Positions 60,404-64,000 of a DNA stretch of 64,000 nucleotides are shown in pieces. The notes beneath the pieces are model-generated. The model searched no databases. It was given only the letters and a program-made list of their open reading frames with translations, and was not told the origin of the DNA. This DNA is from a phage: the sequence record PZ445451.1, one strand, 5' to 3'. A program made the translations under genes and the position numbers. Position 1 is the first letter of the stretch. Each line of letters begins with the position of its first letter.

Positions 60404-60432
60404 TTGCTTTATTTCTTCTGTTAACTTATAGT
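60404..60432 (+). promoter_or_regulatory. sigma70-like promoter TTGCTT-17-TATAGT
   Basis: Acceptable -35/-10; downstream GTAGGGC start conserved but hairpin degenerate. Confidence 0.4.
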
Positions 60433-60477
60433 TATCGCGTAGGGCAAACAATTTTAAACGGTAAACGAGGAATCACC

Positions 60478-60861
60478 ATGAGCAATATCATCAACCTGGC
60501 AGCGACTGTAAACGGTAAAGATTTTAACGGCGCTGTAGACCGTGATCCTATGTGGTGCTTATCAGTGTTTAAAGGCGACCTGGTTGAAGTTAGAACAACC
60601 GAAGGCTATAGCGATGATTATAAATGCGAGATCCATTTACATAACTGGTACACGGGGAAAACTTATGCGCTGAATCACGCATTTATCGGGAAAATTGAAT
60701 ATCGCGAAATGATCGACGAAGAAACGGGGCAAGATTTTAGCGATTATGTTTATATCCGTTCAGAAACATTAGCCGAACGCTTGATCGAGAAAATGAAAGC
60801 AAAAAATAAAATTAATTTAGCTCATTGGCTTGATATAACAAATGATCCGGCTTACAAGTAA
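60478..60861 (+). CDS. Early protein, unknown function
   Basis: 127 aa ORF, RBS ACGAGGAA. Confidence 0.55.
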   Translation: MSNIINLAATVNGKDFNGAVDRDPMWCLSVFKGDLVEVRTTEGYSDDYKCEIHLHNWYTGKTYALNHAFIGKIEYREMIDEETGQDFSDYVYIRSETLAERLIEKMKAKNKINLAHWLDITNDPAYK

Positions 60862-60876
60862 ATAACATTTCACACC

Positions 60877-60903
60877 AGGGCGCACAAAGCGCCCTTTCTT
60901 TTT
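60877..60903 (+). terminator. Rho-independent terminator AGGGCGC-ACAAA-GCGCCCT + TTCTTTTT
   Basis: 7 bp GC stem and T-rich tail ending the early gene array. Confidence 0.65.
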
Positions 60904-61106
60904 ACCTAAATAAAGATGATAGCTTTTACCTATCAAAAACGTTCACCGAAAAAAGTGAATAGATCGCGGTATCGAGCTAATCAAGGAGCAGATGAACAAC
61001 CATACCATGAAGATCATAAGGCGCTTACAACGTGTTTTAGACCGCTTATTTTTAATTTCTCAATGTAACTATCGGGCAAAAACAGCCTTTTTCTTGTCTT
61101 TCCTCT

Positions 61107-61182
61107 TAAATGATAATCATTCTTATTTATAGCTGATTATTTATGCAATAAACTGCATAATGCAATAATGATAATCATTCTT
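61107..61182. promoter_or_regulatory. Two Fur-box-like sites
   Basis: AAATGATAATCATTCTTA (61108-61125) and AATAATGATAATCATTCTT (61164-61182); the latter matches the Fur consensus at 16 of 19 positions. Confidence 0.45.
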
Positions 61183-61573
61183 AACTTATGACCATCTAAC
61201 CTATAAAATAATAAGTTATCTAACTAAATTAAAACTAATTATCCCACCTTTATTTATAACTTACTTTTACTATCTCATTGATAACCTTATATTAAACAAC
61301 AATAACCAATATAAATCATTACTAAGCTAACTATAATCTATCTAACCCTTAAAACTATAACTATAATCTATCGAATTGTTGCACAAAGTAACTATTAAAT
61401 TGTTAGTAACTTTACTAAATAATTAATATCCTATCTATTTATGATCTAATCTTTACCTTACTATCTATTACCTAAATAACCATTTCATACAGAAATTATT
61501 TCATACAATAACTATAACAAGAAATATAATTCGCAAGCGTATCATTAGCAGCCTATGCCGGACACATAGGCGG

Positions 61574-61719
61574 CTAATAATAACGCAACTACACACCCCA
61601 CATAATAACCATCACCGATAGTTATTATTTGTGCTTATGTAGCTTGCAACAATTGCAAGCGCAACAATATACATGGTATATTGTATCCCTTACATTGTTG
61701 CGGTGCGTTATTATTAGCT
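61574..61719. repeat. Long nested imperfect palindrome
   Basis: Outer arms GCTAATAATAACGC (61574-61587) and GCGTTATTATTAGC (61706-61719); inner CGCAACAATA / CATTGTTGCG; GCTTGCAA-CAA-TTGCAAGC at 61643-61661. Confidence 0.6.
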
Positions 61720-62045
61720 AATGTTTGGAACATTGGCTATAATATAAGCTACATATAATAAGCTATACAATAATAAACATAATGAATAATGACACTGATG
61801 ATCATAATGCGCCACCTTCCAGGGGGCGCTATGTGAACACAAAGAAATCTTTCTTGTCAAGAAAAATATCACCATTATTGCGCAAAATTATTTATATCTG
61901 AACAGATGATTTTTCATACTATTGCCCCCTATAGTATCCCTATTTGTTGTAATGTATTCCCCTATTTGTTGAGCCTACTCTCTTAAAAGCGCAATAAATT
62001 AGAATTATCTTGATTTTTAGGTAGTTTTATAGTATAGAAAATATG

Positions 62046-62064
62046 CAAATGATAATCATTATCA
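62046..62064. promoter_or_regulatory. Fur-box-like site
   Basis: GCAAATGATAATCATTATC matches GATAATGATAATCATTATC at 17 of 19 positions. Confidence 0.5.
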
Positions 62065-62240
62065 GCTATCTTCCACAGGTGGCACTATTTCACGCCAGAT
62101 CATTTCATTTGGCAAGGTGTATATAGATGTTTAGAAATGCCAAGCCATTGATTTACTTAGAATTTATCTGTTTTGTTGTGAGTAGTGCCTTTCTTGCTCA
62201 GAAAATAATCAAAAGTCTTATAAGTCATTGAATGATAATG

Positions 62241-62259
62241 CAAATGATAATTATTCTCA
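62241..62259. promoter_or_regulatory. Fur-box-like site
   Basis: GCAAATGATAATTATTCTC, 15 of 19 match; preceded by another AATGATAAT half-site at 62232-62240. Confidence 0.4.
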
Positions 62260-62380
62260 TTGATATTTGAGGGGGACGGTCGGCAGAAATCGGGGGCGCT
62301 AAAAATCGCGTTAAGCACCTCTCGCAAGCGAGCAGTATTTTGCGGCAAGTTATTGATATTATTGGCTTTACGCTTATGGA

Positions 62381-62490
62381 AAGGGGGTGTGTCGAAATAA
62401 ATCGGGTATACCGGAAAATTTTTGTGGCATAGATATTTATTTGTCTATATTATGTACAAAGGGGTGTGTTAAAAATAATAGGTATATATA
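62381..62490. repeat. Two copies of a roughly 30 bp direct repeat
   Basis: AAAGGGGGTGTGTCGAAATAAATCGGGTATA (62381-62411) and AAAGGGGTGTGTTAAAAATAATAGGTATAT (62459-62488), about 80 percent identical. Confidence 0.5.
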
Positions 62491-62717
62491 GAATAATTGA
62501 TAGGGAAATCCTATACTAATCCCTCCATTAATGATGTTCCTAGGTTGCTGTTCTTGTAACAGATGAAAAGACGCTGTATGATGTGTGGCATGAGACGTAA
62601 ATTTATAAGATGCAAATAATGCTTGCATTGAATAGAAATGTCTGTATAGTGGTTTGCATACCGCGCACGACGCGTTTCCATTTTCAATAAAATGTTAGCA
62701 TTATGGGGAGGTAGAAA

Positions 62718-63179
62718 ATGAGACAACTATCTATACTGGAAGCACATGTGCAATGTGTTGCAGATTATGTCAAAGAACACTCAAGTTTGTTGGATGTAAC
62801 CTGTGCAGTGCAAAATGATGTAGGTATTGTCTGTGTGCGACATATCTTATCTGAAACTCGTTATGAAGTATTTCGTGCCAAGTTGTTTGGATGTGATCAA
62901 GTGCATGTAAACTTCTTGGATTCCAATTTTCGTTATGCTTTAGAAAATATTGATGATTATCTTCCTTGCTCTCCGACCGGATATGTGATGATAGCAGCAA
63001 ATGAAGTAACACCAAACAACAGTGAGCGGGAAACTTTGTTACGGAAGAAAATACGCCAACTGCAAGTGTTGAATGAACTGAAAGAAGAGATTGAAAAAGA
63101 ACTGAAAGAAGATTTTGGTATGCTTCCAAAAGACGCTTTGAAATGGTTTGATGAACTAGGAGAGGAAAGTTATGAATAA
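62718..63179 (+). CDS. Hypothetical protein with C-terminal coiled coil
   Basis: 153 aa ORF after GGGGAGG RBS. Confidence 0.55.
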   Translation: MRQLSILEAHVQCVADYVKEHSSLLDVTCAVQNDVGIVCVRHILSETRYEVFRAKLFGCDQVHVNFLDSNFRYALENIDDYLPCSPTGYVMIAANEVTPNNSERETLLRKKIRQLQVLNELKEEIEKELKEDFGMLPKDALKWFDELGEESYE

Positions 63180-63348
63180 AGAAACTACTGTGTACTTAGT
63201 AACAAAGAATACCCCAGGCTGGAGCCAATGCAGCACTGTCCCTTACAAGATCTGTGCAACATTAGAACTAGCACAACGTGCAGAAGCAGAAGTGAATGCC
63301 ATGCAATACAGCTATGGTGAAATCATTCCTTTTACTCTTGAACAATAA
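63172..63348 (+). CDS. Small ORF (58 aa), not in ORF track
   Basis: ATG inside the last codons of the upstream gene, after GGAGAGGAAAG. Confidence 0.4.
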   Translation: MNKETTVYLVTKNTPGWSQCSTVPYKICATLELAQRAEAEVNAMQYSYGEIIPFTLEQ

Positions 63349-63359
63349 GGAGTTGTGTA

Positions 63360-63812
63360 ATGTTTGAAATTGGTAAAGTGTATCGTTTTAAAAACCCATC
63401 TTATATCCGTAAGTTTGCTAACGTGTCTGAGTGCAATAGCAGGATTGCTTCTTTTTTAGGTGATTCATATTTTCGTGTATTAGATGTGGATGATTGGTAT
63501 GGTGTCACTGCTTTGCAATCCTTAGCAGGAGAACAAGAAATTATCGCTCAAAATGAAGGAGACTTTCTTCAGTGTTACACGTTGCTTGCAAAAAGTGAGT
63601 TTGAGTATTTTGTAGAAGTCTTAGAGGAAGCACCAAAAAGTAAACACGAAGAGAAATACCTGCTTGTAGTGGATGGAGTTCCGATCATGGAAACCATCTC
63701 CCGTGAGGAAGTTGAAAAAGAGGCGAAACGTTACAAGCTGGATCGTACACAGAGTGTAGTTGAAGTCTATTCTCTTGTTGGTGTTGCAGATATTAGTGTG
63801 AACATCGTATAA
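63360..63812 (+). CDS. Hypothetical protein
   Basis: 150 aa ORF after AAGGAG RBS. Confidence 0.55.
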   Translation: MFEIGKVYRFKNPSYIRKFANVSECNSRIASFLGDSYFRVLDVDDWYGVTALQSLAGEQEIIAQNEGDFLQCYTLLAKSEFEYFVEVLEEAPKSKHEEKYLLVVDGVPIMETISREEVEKEAKRYKLDRTQSVVEVYSLVGVADISVNIV

Positions 63813-63860
63813 TATATGTGTAATGACAGATACATTCTTCGTGTATCTGATAAGTCTCCT

Positions 63861-64000
63861 ATGTTTGACTGGCGGGGTTGGTGGCTACTAGCTCCGATGC
63901 AAGGTCTGACAGACGTGGAAAAGGAGGCTTATGTGTATACAAAAGAAGAGATAGAAGATAGCCTTTATTTGACAGATAACATTAAGAATGGTATCTTTGA
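63861..64000 (+). CDS. Hypothetical protein, 3' truncated by window edge
   Basis: Open frame from ATG 63861 to window end; weak RBS. Confidence 0.3.
   Translation, partial: MFDWRGWWLLAPMQGLTDVEKEAYVYTKEEIEDSLYLTDNIKNGIF

Noticed and set aside
51340-60432. Possibility that the regularly spaced GC hairpin repeats form a CRISPR array
   Set aside because: The repeat units include promoter hexamers, the intervening segments are protein-coding genes of variable length (170-560 bp) with ribosome-binding sites, and repeat sequences vary with compensatory changes; not CRISPR-like.
62157-62726. Minus-strand ORFs of 63-71 aa in the AT-rich non-coding region (62157-62348, 62437-62628, 62511-62726)
   Set aside because: Overlap each other and the repeat and Fur-like elements, lack RBS, and have AT-driven low-complexity translations; region treated as non-coding.

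Overview
This 64 kb window reads as part of a large virulent dsDNA phage of a Gram-negative (probably enterobacterial) host: AT-rich, densely coding, with sigma70-type early promoters. All calls rest on motif reading by eye plus the supplied ORF track; no database search was run. Layout: (1) 1-5.2 kb, plus strand: tail-fibre genes, one collagen-like and one with Ig-like and esterase-like motifs. (2) 5.2-45.2 kb, minus strand: replication and accessory module with DNA methyltransferase, SSB, intein-containing family A DNA polymerase, T7-gp4-like primase-helicase, four glycosyltransferases, secreted cell-wall hydrolase, anaerobic ribonucleotide reductase NrdD/NrdG, intein-containing UvrD-like helicase and about 25 small ORFs. 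(3) 45.3-49.9 kb, plus strand: DUF2829/Tad2-like fusion, membrane proteins, ATPase paralog, zinc-ribbon repeat protein, NADAR protein. (4) 49.9-51.1 kb: AT-rich tandem repeats, Fur-box-like palindromes and a GC-rich island. (5) 51.2-60.9 kb: about 30 small early genes, most behind a repeated promoter plus 5' stem-loop unit. (6) 60.9-62.7 kb: AT-rich non-coding region with more Fur-like boxes and a long palindrome. The strongest candidate for a novel system is a Ter-like cluster at 20.1-29.4 kb (TerD, vWA, TelA-like, TerC) joined to HAD phosphatase, phosphoribosyltransferase and macro/LOG-like genes. The Fur-like boxes, the glycosyltransferase cluster, a minimal class II aaRS-like protein and the NADAR and Tad2-like genes are secondary candidates.
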